From: an uncultured Oscillospiraceae bacterium
GTDB taxonomy: Bacteria; Bacillota; Clostridia; Oscillospirales; CAG-382
Reading direction: 5' to 3'
NCBI GenBank assembly: GCA_964522305.1
Contig: CAZFVM010000002.1
Span: 1-47,392, forward strand
DNA: 47,392 nt
The notes beneath the pieces are model-generated. The model saw nothing but the letters and a program-made list of their open reading frames with translations. It had not been told where the DNA came from and searched no databases. Shown piece after piece: positions 47,020 through 47,392 of this stretch; within the stretch, counting starts at the first letter, position 1; each line of letters starts with the position of its first letter. A program made the translations under genes and the position numbers.

Positions 47020-47392
47020 TTATTTGAGTATCATCTCCACGTCCCAGATTCTATAAACCGGGGAAAACAGAGACAATTGGTCGGGATACAGAGTTTCGTC
47101 GTCCAAAATTGAATTGTTGTACGCAAAAACCTCGTTTGGTTGATATATCGGTATCTGAATATAAAGATTCTCCAATGCATCAAAGGCGTCGGAATAATAA
47201 GCGACTTTGTCCGATAACTCTAAGGACAGTACCCCCTGCAAAATTGCCGAGTCCAGCTGCTCTACCGCCTCTATCTCTTGTGTTGTGCCGGATTGTCCAA
47301 GATGGAGAAGGCTGCGGTAAGTCGCACCCGGGTCCTGCGCCTTGGAATCTGAGTAATAAACCTCATACAGATCTGAATAGGACGGGGTTTTT
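47020..47392 (-). CDS. C-terminal 124 codons of a CDS that enters from beyond the window; possibly a family-5 ABC substrate-binding protein
   Basis: The reading frame stays open from 47392 down to the stop at 47020; I translated the codons by hand upstream of the track's TTG at 47241. The tail ...LYIQIPIYQPNEVFAYNNSI... resembles the C-terminal 'P.IPLY......A....V' block of OppA/DppA-type binding proteins. Confidence 0.35.
   Translation of the reverse strand, partial: KTPSYSDLYEVYYSDSKAQDPGATYRSLLHLGQSGTTQEIEAVEQLDSAILQGVLSLELSDKVAYYSDAFDALENLYIQIPIYQPNEVFAYNNSILDDETLYPDQLSLFSPVYRIWDVEMILK

Overview
This window looks like core chromosome from a low-to-moderate GC Firmicute, probably class Clostridia. 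Supporting signs are a Bacillus-type str operon with a ybxF-like L7Ae gene, strong GGAGG Shine-Dalgarno sites, TTG/GTG starts and near-consensus sigma-A promoters. About 80 percent of the genes are on the minus strand.

Gene content in window order:
- An FMN riboswitch with a truncated RibU-like transporter at the left edge.
- The transcription/translation supercluster rpoB-rpoC-L7Ae-rpsL-rpsG-fusA-tuf.
- A sugar/vitamin B6 salvage operon: pdxK, ECF S component, GHMP kinase, MBL hydrolase, TIM-barrel isomerase.
- A plus-strand block: ADP-ribosylglycohydrolase, pgi, mini P-loop protein, 4-TM protein.
- A housekeeping operon: DUF512 radical SAM, der, plsY, rarA, with a DUF692-like gene attached at the end.
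- yceD-rpmF, a YhhQ-type transporter, a GHL10-like protein and trmK.
- An aryl-pyruvate fermentation cluster: SSS transporter, paaK, iorA, iorB, paaK, ACT.
- A lipoprotein, a second EF-G paralog, a large degenerate P-type-ATPase-like membrane protein, rlmB, and a Gfo/Idh/MocA-like oxidoreductase.
- A truncated CDS at the right edge.

I found no rRNA or tRNA genes, CRISPR arrays, transposases, integrases, phage genes or recognisable defence systems.

I see no clear-cut novel system. The best candidates for undescribed biology are:
1. The rlmB / catalytically dead P1B-ATPase homolog / EF-G2 locus.
2. An orphan DUF692 (MNIO-like) gene translationally coupled to rarA.
3. A mini P-loop plus 4-TM gene pair.
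4. A 120-bp array of 14-15 bp tandem repeats upstream of the yceD-rpmF promoter.
5. tuf reading directly into an FMN riboswitch.

All family assignments come from motif recognition by eye. No database search was run.
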